Below, piece after piece: positions 51,301 through 63,760 of a stretch of DNA of 64,000 nucleotides. How positions within the stretch are numbered: position 1 is the first letter of the stretch; every line of letters starts with the position of its first letter. The stretch covers positions 53,134,001 to 53,198,000 of the forward strand of contig NC_047015.1 of assembly GCF_902652985.1 (NCBI RefSeq), in the 5' to 3' direction. A program made the position numbers and the translations under genes. Under the pieces are notes generated by a model. It made no database searches. It saw only the letters and a list, made by a program, of their open reading frames with translations, and was not told where the DNA came from. The DNA comes from Pecten maximus (Eukaryota).

Positions 51301-54300
51301 ATGCATTGCCGTTTTCTGATATCAAAAATATTTCCTGAAATCAGATACATGTAATAGTTGCTTTATACCTAAACATATGTTTTTGATTTTTGATTTTTCA
51401 ACAACATACCCCAGTTCAACGGCATTCAGGGTCAATATTCAGGGTTGAAAACTGACCAGGGTCATTTTTCATCGAGGGTCCATTTTCACCGGCCACATAA
51501 CGGGACGGTTTGTGTTGTCCTTGTTTCGTCCTTGGGTAAGAAACCTTTACAGTTACACTGGATGACATACGATTGGCCTCTCGAATGTTTAGTGAAGTAG
51601 TCACCAACTACTATAAAATGTCTATGGCAGTTCACGGGGTGATAAAACCAGCAAACTTATTTTGGCATAGAAGTTCATGTGGGGTCTTGCAAAGACAATA
51701 CAGATTAGATTTACGAAAATAATTTTGATGTTTAAATTTTTTTTGTCATGTTTGAAACTTAACTTAACCAGCAATTTCTCGGTTAAAGATTTGATGCAAG
51801 TTTCAAATCATGTATCAGTTTGTGCTGCTCATCTTCATATAACTTGTCCGACTACGAGACTAATATTGATCATTAGTAAAAAATGAATATCTTTATTACC
51901 AGCTTCTAAAATCCGAGATTATACCGGCGGAAATAGCATCGAGGATGTATTTGAACACCAAGACAGCGCTGGTCCCGGAAGTGAAGAGATTACCAACATA
52001 CCGGCTGACAACATCGACAGCGAGGTGATTACCGATACGGACATCGATACAGAGCAAGCCAACATGCAGTGCAATGCATTTTACACATGTGCGATGCAGA
52101 ATCCGCCCCCTGCACCTTTGGGGTCCATCACGAAAGGCTTCTACATTTCCCCTGGATTCTTAAAGAAAATATGCAGGTATAGTGAACATTGCTGTAATAG
52201 CATTTCTGGTTCTCGTTATGCCAATATATGTAACACTCTAGGGAATGGACACTATATGCCCTTACCAACTGTAGGTGGGCGTTACCGACTCATAACTGCT
52301 AACTTGCGTATAAATATAACAGTAAAGAAATAGCAACAGTTTTCTTCCTAATATATCCATTGACACTGTCTCATATTTGGCGGTCTTTTGTTGAAAGTTT
52401 GACACTTTGTGAAAGGGTTTAACAGTTGTTGTTCCTTTCTTTTACTGTCTGCTCCCTCTTGCTTTGTTTTGTTTTCTTCTGTGGGTGTAGTTGATAGAAA
52501 ATAATTCTATCTCTGTGTCTCGTAAAATGTTATCAGATAGTTTTCATTCTTGCGTGTTATTTGACAGGTATATGAAGACATCAGTAGCCTGCTATTATCA
52601 AGGAGAGTATGCCGACTGTCCAATTGTGACGGGGAATGTTAAAACTATGACCAACATGTATCGATACATGTGTGTTGAGCCAGGCAGATCAGGTACCTTT
52701 AACTAAAATGGCTAACGTGTTATAAATGAATGATAATAAATTGACGTAAATTAACTCCATTTATAATCTTATTGTACAAACGGCATGATTGCAAGATATT
52801 GAGATTGTCTTGTCTCAAATTTGTTGCTATTTCAATGTTATATACGGTTTTATAAAGTTTACGTGTAGGTAAGAGAAGGGATATCAACCGAAAACACTCA
52901 ATTTCGGAATTTTATCCTCATCTTCCTCAGTGTGTTGTGGTTTCTCATACTAAGATATTCAAGATGGCGGAGACCTGTACGGAAAGCGAAACAGCTACAA
53001 GGACTGGTCAAATGGTTCATGCTTCTTTGTATATTGAGATGGAGATGTATATCGCTTATAACCATATTAAACATCAATGCAATTCTTACATGAACGCAAA
53101 TGATGACATGTGGTGATTTGGACGCCATCTTCGTATACGTCAAAGCGACGCTTGAAAGTCCACCTCAGATAATACCATGTACGGCTTTGAGTAAAAGCGC
53201 TCAAGCGACTGACACATTTTCAATTGGACATGTAATATGTAGATGTTTTATTACGAGACACAAAAACAAAACAAAATATACTGAGATTAAATTAAAGTAA
53301 GCCTTTACCGGAGATAGGTTTTCATGTCATCTTATCCGGAACAATTATGTAGTTAAGGGGTTTAGAATGTACTACTTACCTTGAATGATACCTATATTAT
53401 TATTATCATTATTAACACTTTTCCAGCTGTGCTGTCTATGCTTCCATGTATCAACAACTACGAGGTCCAGTTTCAACTGATTTTGTCATCTTACGGGTGG
53501 TCACATTCGGTTAAAACAATCATGGATTGGCCAGACCAAGAACCTTCTAATATCGCTTTGATGATGTGCAGGTAAGATTCTTCAGGTCAAAGGTCGTGTG
53601 ATATACTTCTAAAATATATTCACACTTACACTTTGGTTCAAAGCAAATTTTCTATTCTGATATCTCACACTGCTGTGTACGATGTACTTCCGTAGGGGAG
53701 ACATTTCCTGTGTTCGCTGGCAATTGCAATATAGTTAAAATTCGAACGTTTCCCGCTTGACTGATTCTAAATACGTAATTGTTTTGTAACGATATGCCAC
53801 CCATCCATTTCTGATTTTACAAATGTAAAAAAAAAATATAATGTAGGTTATGAAAAAAAGAAGGTTGACATATTATTTAATCACAAAATTTAGTTACGAA
53901 AGTAAAAGGAAATCGAAATCTGATGTCTGTTTTTCTTTATTTCCTACAGTTAAGGACAGTCTACAAAATGATATTATGTTTGTTGATCTGAACTTTTGTT
54001 TTTCTTTATTTCGTACATTCAAGGACAGTCTACAAAATATGTTTGTTGATCTGAACTTTTGTTTTTCTTTATTTCGTACATTCAATGACAGTCTACAAAA
54101 TATGTTTGTTGATCTGAACTTTTGTTTTGTTTTTCTTTACTTCGTACATTTAAGGACAGTTAATAAAATGTGTTTGTTGATCTGAACTACTGTTTTGTTT
54201 TTCTTTACTTCGTACATTCAATGACAGTCTACAAAATATGTTTGTTGTTCTGAACTTTTGTTTTTCTTTACTTCGTACATTTAAGGACAGTTAATAACAT

Positions 54301-54554
54301 ATTTTTGTTTATCTGAAATTTTGTTTTTTCGTTACTTCGTACATTTAAGAACAGACCACAAAATATATTTATAGCATCGCACTGTTTATTTCAGGGCAAC
54401 GAGGAACTTCTACTACGATACTGGTTCGGAGATTGAACACCAATGTTCGGCAGTCGATCGTCGCGTTTACGAACATATGATAGTGGTTTGGTCGCGGTTT
54501 GATCTACGAAGATTTAACTGTACCCTTGAAGAAAACAACAACACAAGTCTCTAA
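48373..54554 (+). CDS. Secreted Cys-rich protein paralogue D, 250 aa
   Basis: Exons 48373-48421, 51903-52176, 52568-52692, 53427-53571 and 54395-54554; GT-AG, open frame, 10 Cys, ends NCTLEENNNTSL*. Confidence 0.9.
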
Positions 54555-55148
54555 AAGTCTGTTTTTACTAACAATGACCTTTAATGCTCTATACAAAGTA
54601 AGATAAAAGCTACAAGTGTATTTTTTTTTAATTCTTAAAATACAATTCAAATTATTCAAAGTATTGTATTTGCTAAGGTTCAGATTAAATTATTCAGCAG
54701 CAACGAGTTTTGGTTCTTGGTTTTTTTCGTATTACATTTTACACTGAATTTCTATCAGAAAGAAAACTCTTTTAACTGAATTTTCTGTTTTGGTATAAAA
54801 AAAATTACATTGCATATGTTTCTTTCCGAAAATGGAATAAAAAAACAGCTACGTGGATATTCTATTCATAATGAAAATCTTAAGAAAATAATACCTCTTC
54901 ACATAAACTCTTCCACTGAATTTCTCATTCACGTAATCTTACGTTCCTTTCGCACAAACTCTTAAGTTGAGCCTATTCCCTGCAAAACTTGACATATATT
55001 TTTTCACGTGAATATCTAAGATCCTATGACTTTAATAACAACATGTTTGTTTCTTGAAGTTCAAATCAGCAAAAATCTTAGGAATGAGTTTTTCGAATTT
55101 CCAGAACAATGAGCAAAGACGAGTAGGACGGATAATGAACAGGAAAGG

Positions 55149-55150
<2 letters not shown>

Positions 55151-55225
<75 letters not shown>
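55151..55225. repeat. (GT)n followed by poly-G
   Basis: Seen directly. Confidence 0.95.
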
Positions 55226-55285
55226 GTGAGCTTACCAGATGGAAGGTTTTAGATAAAAGAGAGATATTACCATTATAAATAGACA

Positions 55286-55353
55286 CAGCTTAAAACGAGT
55301 GATGATGTAACTGCCTCCCTAGCCACCAGCAACTATATCGCGTGACTTGACCA
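55286..55353 (+). promoter_or_regulatory. Conserved upstream element of copy E
   Basis: cagcttaaaacgagtgatgatgtaactgcctccctagccaccagcaactatatcgcgtgacttgacca. Confidence 0.6.
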
Positions 55354-55834
55354 TGCAAAAACTACGAATTCATTTCGTAATGTCATTTATTGACCAATAG
55401 AAATATATGTGAGGAAAATGGATTAAGTCACTTTAAATGGATACTTCCATTTCATTGAAAAGACTATACGTCATAATTAACATATTTTATGATTATTTTT
55501 ATTTACATATTACATATAAACATAAAAAATAACGTATTTTGACGAGGATTATATAACATTTAAATGTCAAAATAAAAAGATGTGTTAGCTGTCAAATTTT
55601 AGTTGTTTATTTCAACAATTATTGCCCCAAAATTATACAAAAAACTACATAATTTACCTAAACTTTAGAGAGTAAAAGCATGTCCGATTATTTCAAATAT
55701 CAAAGTCCCACTTAAGAATAAAATTGGGAAAATATTTTAATAATTGCATCATTATGTTCCGTTATATGTGCATATGAATACATATTACATTGTTCGTCTT
55801 CCCCATATGCATCACTTCTCCCCGAGGATACAGC

Positions 55835-58800
55835 ATGTCTCCCCTTGTCCTGTTACTGGCTGTCATAGCAGGAAGCATTTCAGGTAAGATACCGATAGTC
55901 CTTCTTTTAAATATACTTCTGAATGTATTTCGTTTCGACATATCATTTGAAGTCATAAGTTCTAAGGGACAGAGTTTTTAATTCTTTAATTTCAGAGATT
56001 TGATATAAACTTCATTTCATTCCAATATGTATATTACAAATGTTTACAACAATAAAGTAAAAATATACAGGAATAGGATCCAGAAACAAGTTTTTAAAAA
56101 ATATATATATTAATCCGTTTCCAAACGGAGATTTACGGGACTGGTTTAGCGTAAAACACTTGTTTTATTTCGTGTATCCATGTTTTATCTTGAGTACGTG
56201 TAGTTATGTTGTGAATATGAGATATAGCGTCGTTAGAACGAATAACACAGATGTATTATGTTGTTAGCACGAGCTAAATGTATTAAGTTGTGGGCACGTG
56301 TTACATAAACGTGGTATGTTGTGAGCACGAGATGTTATGTTGTAAGTACGATTTTGATGTTGTGATTACGATTTATATCGATGTGGGCACTAATCATTGT
56401 GCTATGAGCATTAATCATTGCACTGTAAGCACTAATCATTGATCTGTGAGCACATGTCATTGCGTTGTAAGTTATTCTTTACTCCTTTTACATATACATG
56501 TACCCAAATCATCACTCTGCATTAATTCCGAAAAAAGGATGCGACGATAAATTGACTGTTATCTGTGTTTTCTTTGTTTTCGTGAAAAGACAAAAACCCA
56601 AGAAAAATATTAGATTAAACATAGCGGCTGACATAATGTAATACATGTGGAAGTTATTGTCTTTATGATCCCGTCGAAATTCGTATTATGGTCGGATGCT
56701 CCTAAACAATGTCGGTTTTTTGTTTCTCGGGGAAACTGAGAAACGGGTTGGTCTGTGCTGCTGTTAGTGTGTCCTTGGGCAAGACACATTACCCTTATCG
56801 CTCTGGATGCCATGCGACGGCCGTCCTGTATTTTGTCCAGTGAGGTAGTCACACTTCTACAAAATCACTCTGACAGAGCACGGGGCAATACATCCAACAA
56901 ACAAACAAACTGGTTCGTTTCTTCAGTGGTCTACAGTTCAGTCAGATAATGTGTTAGTGTCCTCATCTTTAGCATTGATGCTCTTATAGGATCGAACAAA
57001 GACAGTTTGGATTTTATTTGGAAAAATATGTTTGGAACTTAACTTTTTTGCATAAAGTTTCAAACCATGCATCCATTTGTGGTGCTCTTCTTCACATATC
57101 TTGTCCGACTACGAGACTAATATTAATCAATATTCAAAAATAAATATCTTTATTGCCAGCTTCAACAATACGAGATTATATCGACGGAAATAACATCGAG
57201 GATGTATTTGATCACCAAGAAAACGCTGGCCCCGGAAGTGAAGAAATAACCAATTTACCGGCTGACAACATCGACAGCGAGATGGTTACCGATACGGACA
57301 TCGGTACAGATCAAGCCAACATGCAGTGCAATGAATTTTACATATGCATGTTCGCAAATCCGCCCCCTCAACCTTTGGGGTCATTCACGGAAGGCTTCAC
57401 CTTTTCCTCTGGATACTTAAGGGAAACGTGCAGGTATGATGGGCACTGTAGTATTCGCATTTCCGGTACTCGTTATGCCAAAAATGCTCCATGAATTCGT
57501 TATCAAAATGTCAGTGTTTCACAGAGATAAATTGCTGTAGTTTTAATTACACCAACTGTCCCCATTAGAGGATTCGTAAGAGGCAACTAAATTTGGAAAC
57601 CTATCTCTTCCTAATAGACAACTGTTTTCCTCCTAACAACATCTCTCTTTACACTGCCTTATTTTTGTCACTGTATGGAAGGATATGGTGGCCCCCGCCC
57701 TGACAATAGTTCTCTTGTTTCCCCTTTCTGTTTGCCCGTTTCTTCCGCTTGTTTTCTTTTTAGATATGTCTTTCACACCCGTCCTCATACGACCCTGGCT
57801 GTTGCGAAGATATGATCTATAATGTATTTATATCAATCTTACCGATTAGTCAAGTTCACTCAAGTAAAAGTATCACTAGTGAAAATAATATACTTTTATG
57901 AATCATTTCTCTCTCTCTCTCGTGAATTGTTAAAAGTTTAAAATATTTTTCATTCTTGTGTGTAATTTGACAGGCATCTGGAGTCGTCAATAGCCTGTTA
58001 TTATCAGGGAGATTATGCCGCCTGTCCCACGCTGATGGAGAGTGTTAGAACTATGACCAACATGTATGATTACATTTGTGATGCGCCAGGCAGATCAGGT
58101 ACCTTTAAATCAAAATGGCTAACGTTTCATAAGTAGATGATAATAAATGACATGAATTAAATAAATAATCAAATTGTTCAAATGGTATGGTGATATCGAG
58201 ATCGTCTTGTCTCAAATGTGTTGTTACGTTTTGGTAAGCAATCGTAAACACACAATATCGGAATTGTATCCTAATTGTCTTCACAGTGTGTTGTGTTGTC
58301 TCGCTCTAAGATATTCAAGATGGCGGAGCCCTGTACAGATAGTAAAACCGCTTCCAGGACTGGTTACGTGGTTCATACTGCTGTTTATTTAGATGAACAT
58401 TTACATTTTACTAATAACCATATCTGACAACAATTCAATGCTTACATGAACGCAAATGACGACACTTGGTGATTTTATATAAGTCAAAGCGACGCTTGGA
58501 AGTCCACCTCAGATAACACCGTGTACGGCCCTGAATAAAGCACTCAAGCGACTACAAATTTTATCACTTGGTCATATAATCTATAGATGATTTATAACAA
58601 GACACAAAAACCAAGAATATGCTTAGATTAGATTAAATTAAACCTTTACCGGAGATAAATTTTATGTCATATTATCCGGAAAATTAGCTGGGTCCATGAA
58701 ATTGTTGTAATGTTACAGTAAAGAGGTTTAGAAAGTACTCTTACCTTGAATGATACTTATATTATTATTATTAACACTTTTTCAGCTGTACTGTCCATTT

Positions 58801-60136
58801 TTCAATGTATCAATAACTTCGAGCTCCAGCTGCCATTGATGATGATGTCTTTCGGGTTGTCACATTCGATCAGGACAATTATGGATTGGCCCGACCAGGA
58901 GCCTACAAATATCGCGCTGATGATGTGCAGGTAAGATTATTCAGGTCAAAGGTCATGGGAAATGTTCCTAAAATATATTCATAGTTACACATTTGTTACC
59001 AGCTTACGTTTACCTCCCTTCTTAAAGATAGCGCAGAGAGTCGAGCTTTCTTCCAATCGTCTTGTAGTGTTCCTGTTGAAAGTGATTTGTTAGACATATT
59101 GGTAAATGGACCTAATATTGATGCAGCAGTGTTTTTGAGAAACATTGGATGGAGTTCGTCCAATTCAGGCGACTTTTCTGGTTTAAGATCTAGACTAGTA
59201 AGTATTTCAAACACCATCTCGACGTTGACTTTAAGCATTGGCATTTCCTCGGTTATCACCTGTTGTTTTTGTTGAGGTGTTTTTGCCCTGTCTCTTCTTT
59301 CACAAACACGCTACTGAAAAACTTTGAGAGTACATCAGCTTTTCATATATCCTACGAGACATTAGGTGAGTTTTTATCTTTTGGATTTGAATAAAGGTCT
59401 CCGATGTCTGACTTTGATGTTGAGTTAGATTCAAATCGGCTTTAGGGTCTGTTTTGGCCTGTCTGCAATGCTGTGCTCATACTTTTTCCTTGGTTTACAA
59501 GTTTGGTTTATTTTTTCTTACTTTGTTTCTGGCCTTTCTGGTCCTTATTATCGAGTTCTTTCTTCCATGTATTTGCTTCTTGAAGCTTTTCTAAACAATA
59601 AGTTCCTTTTTAATGGCTTCCCACGTGACTTGGTTTGCTGGAAAGCTGTGTCTGTTGTTCCTACCAACTGTGATCATTTTTGTCGGTACATATTTATCTT
59701 CTATTTCCTTTAATATTATTTTTCTTTATTTCGTACATTTAAGGACAGCCCGCAAAATATATTTGTTGATCTGAACTTCTGTTTTTCTTTATATCGTACA
59801 TTTAAGGACAACCCAAAAAAGATATTTGTTGATCTGAACTTTTGTTTTCTTTATATCGTACATTTAAGGACAACCCACAAAATATATTTGTTGATCTGAA
59901 CTTTTGTTTTTCTTTATTTCGTACATATAAGGACAGCCCATAAATGTATTTGTCTCATCTGAACTTTTTATGACAGGGTGGCACAGAGCTTCTACCAAGA
60001 GTCCGGAGCGGAGATTGAACGCCAATGTTCGGAAGTCGATCGTGGAACTTTCGAACATATCTTCGTGATATGGTCGCAGTCTCCGCTACAAAGGTTTAAC
60101 TGCACGATTGGAGAAAACAACAACACAAGTCTCTAA
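55835..60136 (+). CDS. Secreted Cys-rich protein paralogue E, 250 aa
   Basis: Exons 55835-55883, 57160-57433, 57974-58098, 58786-58930 and 59977-60136; GT-AG, open frame, 10 Cys. Confidence 0.9.
56690..56912 (+). mobile_element. CORE-type SINE fragment
   Basis: gtgtgtccttgggcaagacac and an (aaac)n tail. Confidence 0.55.
58997..59712 (-). mobile_element. Degenerate CR1 LINE ORF2 fragment in intron 4 of copy E
   Basis: LKPEKSPELDELHPMFLK…SLSTGTLQDDWKKA is the pre-RT region of CR1 ORF2; it is absent from C and D. Confidence 0.8.
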
Positions 60137-60419
60137 AAGTCTGTTTTTACTAACAATGACTTTTAATACTCTTCATATAGTAAAATAAAAGCCAAGAGGT
60201 TTATTTTCAATTCTTAAAATACAATTCAAATGAAACGGATGTAATAGCTACCAAACTTGTTTTTGAGTCGAACATTACTTCTGACGAGTATTGTATTTGT
60301 TAAGGTTCCGAATAAATGCTTCAGCAGCAACGAGGCATTTTTATTTTTTTTAATACATGCAAGTCTTTTGCACTTTGAAAATCTGATACTGAATTTCTAT
60401 CACAAAGAAAACAACCGAA

Positions 60420-60577
60420 TGTCTCTTTCACATAAATCTCTTGCACTGAGTTTCCATTTCATACAAACTCTTACTCTGAATGATTTTTCACATAAAACTC
60501 AAATTGAATGTTTCGTTCACATAAAACTCTTACTCTGAATGTTACTTCCTCTTAAAACTCTTACTCTGAATGTCTTC

Positions 60578-60618
<41 letters not shown>

Positions 60619-60812
60619 TCACCCACCCACCCACAAACTCTTACTCTGAATGTCTCTTTCATATAAAACTCTTACTCTGAAGGACATAAAACTTTTACTT
60701 TAAATGTTACTTCCACTTAAAACTCTTACTCTGAATGTCTTTTTCACACACACAAAAACTCTTACTCTGAATGTCTCTTTCACATAAAACTCTTACTCTG
60801 TTTCTTTCACAT
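60420..60812. repeat. ~31-bp minisatellite (cacataaaactcttactctgaatgt…) with (CA)n; related arrays at 38540-38720 and 54890-54965
   Basis: Tandem units lie 3' of copies C, D and E. Confidence 0.8.
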
Positions 60813-61352
60813 GAATTTCACAAGGAAAATCTGTCAATTACATGCAATGCCTCTTTCACATAGAAATAGTTACATTGAAAGTAGAAGAATATGGTTGATA
60901 TTTGGAATGTCTTCCTGATTTTGGCCGACTTAAGGGTCGCTTAAGTGGCATGTTCTGACGCGGGCAGATTGACAACACATCTTTCCATATCTATCTTATT
61001 CCTAGGCCAGGATGGGTCAGATATGTTCATTGTATCTTATTAATAACATCATGGACCATCAACCAGGGAGCAGAAAGTTCAATTTCTAATTACTACAGTA
61101 TATCACAGCTGGAGTGGTCCAAAGCCTTCCTCACAGGGGCGAACCCTCAACTAAATGCTAAAAGTGAGGCAATGTCAATGGAGACATCAGGAAGATGGAA
61201 GTTGTTTTAAAGAAGGGAAAAGGTCAAATCCCAGATTTATATATAGATATAGAGACACATTAATAGTTTGCACACTGACTTAGACTTACTGCACGGGCTA
61301 AAAATATAGCGCAAAAAGGAGTACATCCTCTGCGAAAATTTGCATTTAGACA

Positions 61353-61862
61353 GTTTAGTTTGGTTTAGTTTATTTTGTTTAACGTCCTATTAACAGCTAA
61401 GGTCATTTAAGGACGGCCTCCCGTGCGTGCGACATGCATGCATGTGGTGAGTGCGTATGTGTGATTTGGGAGTCTGCGGTATGTTCGTGTTAAGTCTCCT
61501 TGTGATAGGCCGAACTTTTGCCGATTTATAGTGCTACCTCACTGGAGCATACTGCCGAAGACACCCAGCAGGACACCCAACCCGGTCACATTATACTGAC
61601 AACGGGCCAACCAGTCGTCCCACTCCCAAAATGCTGAGCGCTAAGCAGGAGTAGCAACTACCATTTTAATGACTCTGGTATGTCTCGGCCAGGGGACAGA
61701 ACCCAAAGCCTTCCTCACAGGGGCGAACGCTCAACTGAAGACCAAAAGTGAGGCATTGTCAAGGGAGACATTAGGAAGAAAAAAGTTGTTCAGAAAGAAG
61801 AGAAAAGATAAGATCCCAAATTCAGTCACCTCTTACGATTTCTTACGCCCTACCTGCAGGGT
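61353..61862 (-). mobile_element. Near-full-length tRNA-derived SINE (Meta-domain-like)
   Basis: Best-preserved copy of the family, with an (aaacc/aaact)n tail. A partial head also lies at 61122-61220. Confidence 0.8.
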
Positions 61863-62525
61863 AGACAGAAATGTAAAGCCGTGTTCATTGCAGACTGTTT
61901 ACAAAGCGTGGTTGAGCGAACTTTAAAAGCCGCAAAAATACATTCGTCTCGGAACAACTTCGAAATGCAAGCCCGGTGAAATTTAACAACGTGACATATT
62001 ACGTATCTGTAGCGGCGTCAGCCGAGTCAAAACATAGCAGCGATATTCTGTCAAGGATGAAAAAAAAATATTGGGATGTTAGAATAACCCTAATGACGTC
62101 ACAGCCAGGTTTCATCCCGATAGATGGCGCTACATACAGTACACATTCACGGGTGGGGCAACGTGTATTTCAGTAAATGAACTAATGTTAACATACATCT
62201 GTTGTTCCATGCGAGGTTTCTTTGGGTTCGTTGTACTTTTTTATATTAAGTTAACTTGTTTCCGCGAGCAAGGTGAAGTTTTTGTGGTGTCAATTTCTCA
62301 TGGTTACCAGTTTCCATTGATGTAACAAAGTTTCTATTAATACCAGTTTTGCTATTTTTCCATGGTTACGAGTTTCCTTTGGTGTAACAAAGTTTCTACA
62401 AATACCAGTTTTAATAGTTTTCCATGGTTACTAGTTTCCTTTGGTTGACAGTTTCACATGGTAACTAGTTTTCCATGGTAACAAGTACTCAATGCTGAAC
62501 TAGTTTCCTATGGCCGTGATGTTCT

Positions 62526-62764
62526 GGGCTCAGTTGTTCAAAACGTGATTTGGCTAATCACAATTTAACAACAATCTTGAAATCCTGATAAAATCATATC
62601 TGGTTAAACTAACTTGACAAAAATTTAGGAAACTATAACACTCATCAGCCTCTCCATACCTGTCTATTTTGAGAAATACACAAACACAGGTTTTGAAGTA
62701 AAGGAGAAATGAGTTTTTCACTAATCAAGTGATTAAGCTGACAATCTTTTCAACAACTGAGCCC
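62526..62764. mobile_element. Second copy of the 10330-10567 MITE (opposite orientation)
   Basis: TIRs ggctcagttgttcaaaacgtgat / tcaacaactgagcc. Confidence 0.75.
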
Positions 62765-63014
62765 TTTGTAACTAGTTACTATATATGGATACCAGTTGTT
62801 TATATGATAACCTCTTTCCTGTTTTTATTTGCCTACAGTCAAGTCTCGTTACCTCGAATTCTGATAACTCGAACACTCAGCTTAACTCGAATTAAAGATT
62901 TAGTACCGTCATTAAATATTGTTTGTAAAATATGCTTGGTTATCTCGAATATTCGGGATACCGGGATAGTATTTTTCTTGAAGCCAAAATGACTGCGAGA
63001 TAACGATTGTAGTT

Positions 63015-63760
63015 GTCTATGGCTAACAGTTTTCAATGGTTCCAAGTTTTTAAGTTACTTGCCTCTATGGTTAACAGTTTTCAATGGTTCCAAGTTTTTA
63101 AGTTACTTGCCTCTATGGTTAACAGTTTTCAATGGTTCCAATTTTTTAAGTTACTTGCCTCTATGGTAACAGTTTCCAATGGTTCCAAGTTTACATGTTA
63201 CCTGCCTCTATGGTAACAGTTTCCAATGGTTCCAAGTTTACATGTTACCTGCCTCTATGGTTTAACAATTTCCAATGGTTCCGAGTTAATAGGTTACCTG
63301 CCTCTATGGTAACAGTTTTCAATAGTTCCAAGTTTATTTATAAGTTACCTGCCTCTATGGTAACAGTTTCCAATGGTTCCAAGTTTATAAGTTACCTGCC
63401 TCTATGGTAACAGTTTCCACTGGTTCCAAGTTTATAAGTTACCTGCCTCTATGGTAACAGTTTCCACTGGTTCCAAGTTTATAAGTTACCTGCCTCTATG
63501 GTAACAGTTTCCACTGGTTCCAAGTTTATAAGTTACCTGCCTCTATGGTAACAGTTTCCAATGGTTCCAAGTTTATAAGTTACCTGCCTCTATGGTAACA
63601 GTTTCCAATGGTTCCAAGTTTATAAGTTACCTGCCTCTATGGTAACAGTTTCCAATGGTTCCAAGTTTATAAGTTACCTGCCTCTATGGTAACAGTTTCC
63701 AATGGTTCCAAGTTTATAAGTTACCTGCCTCTATGGTAACAGTTTCCACTGGTTTATATC
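63015..63760. repeat. 47-48-bp satellite (cctctatggtaacagtttccaatggttccaagtttataagttacctg)n
   Basis: About 15 units, with degenerate related repeats at 62290-62510 and 63760-63920. Confidence 0.95.

Noticed and set aside
62290-62510. Cluster of RFX X-box-like motifs
   Set aside because: They are subunits of the adjacent satellite, and no gene start is evident.
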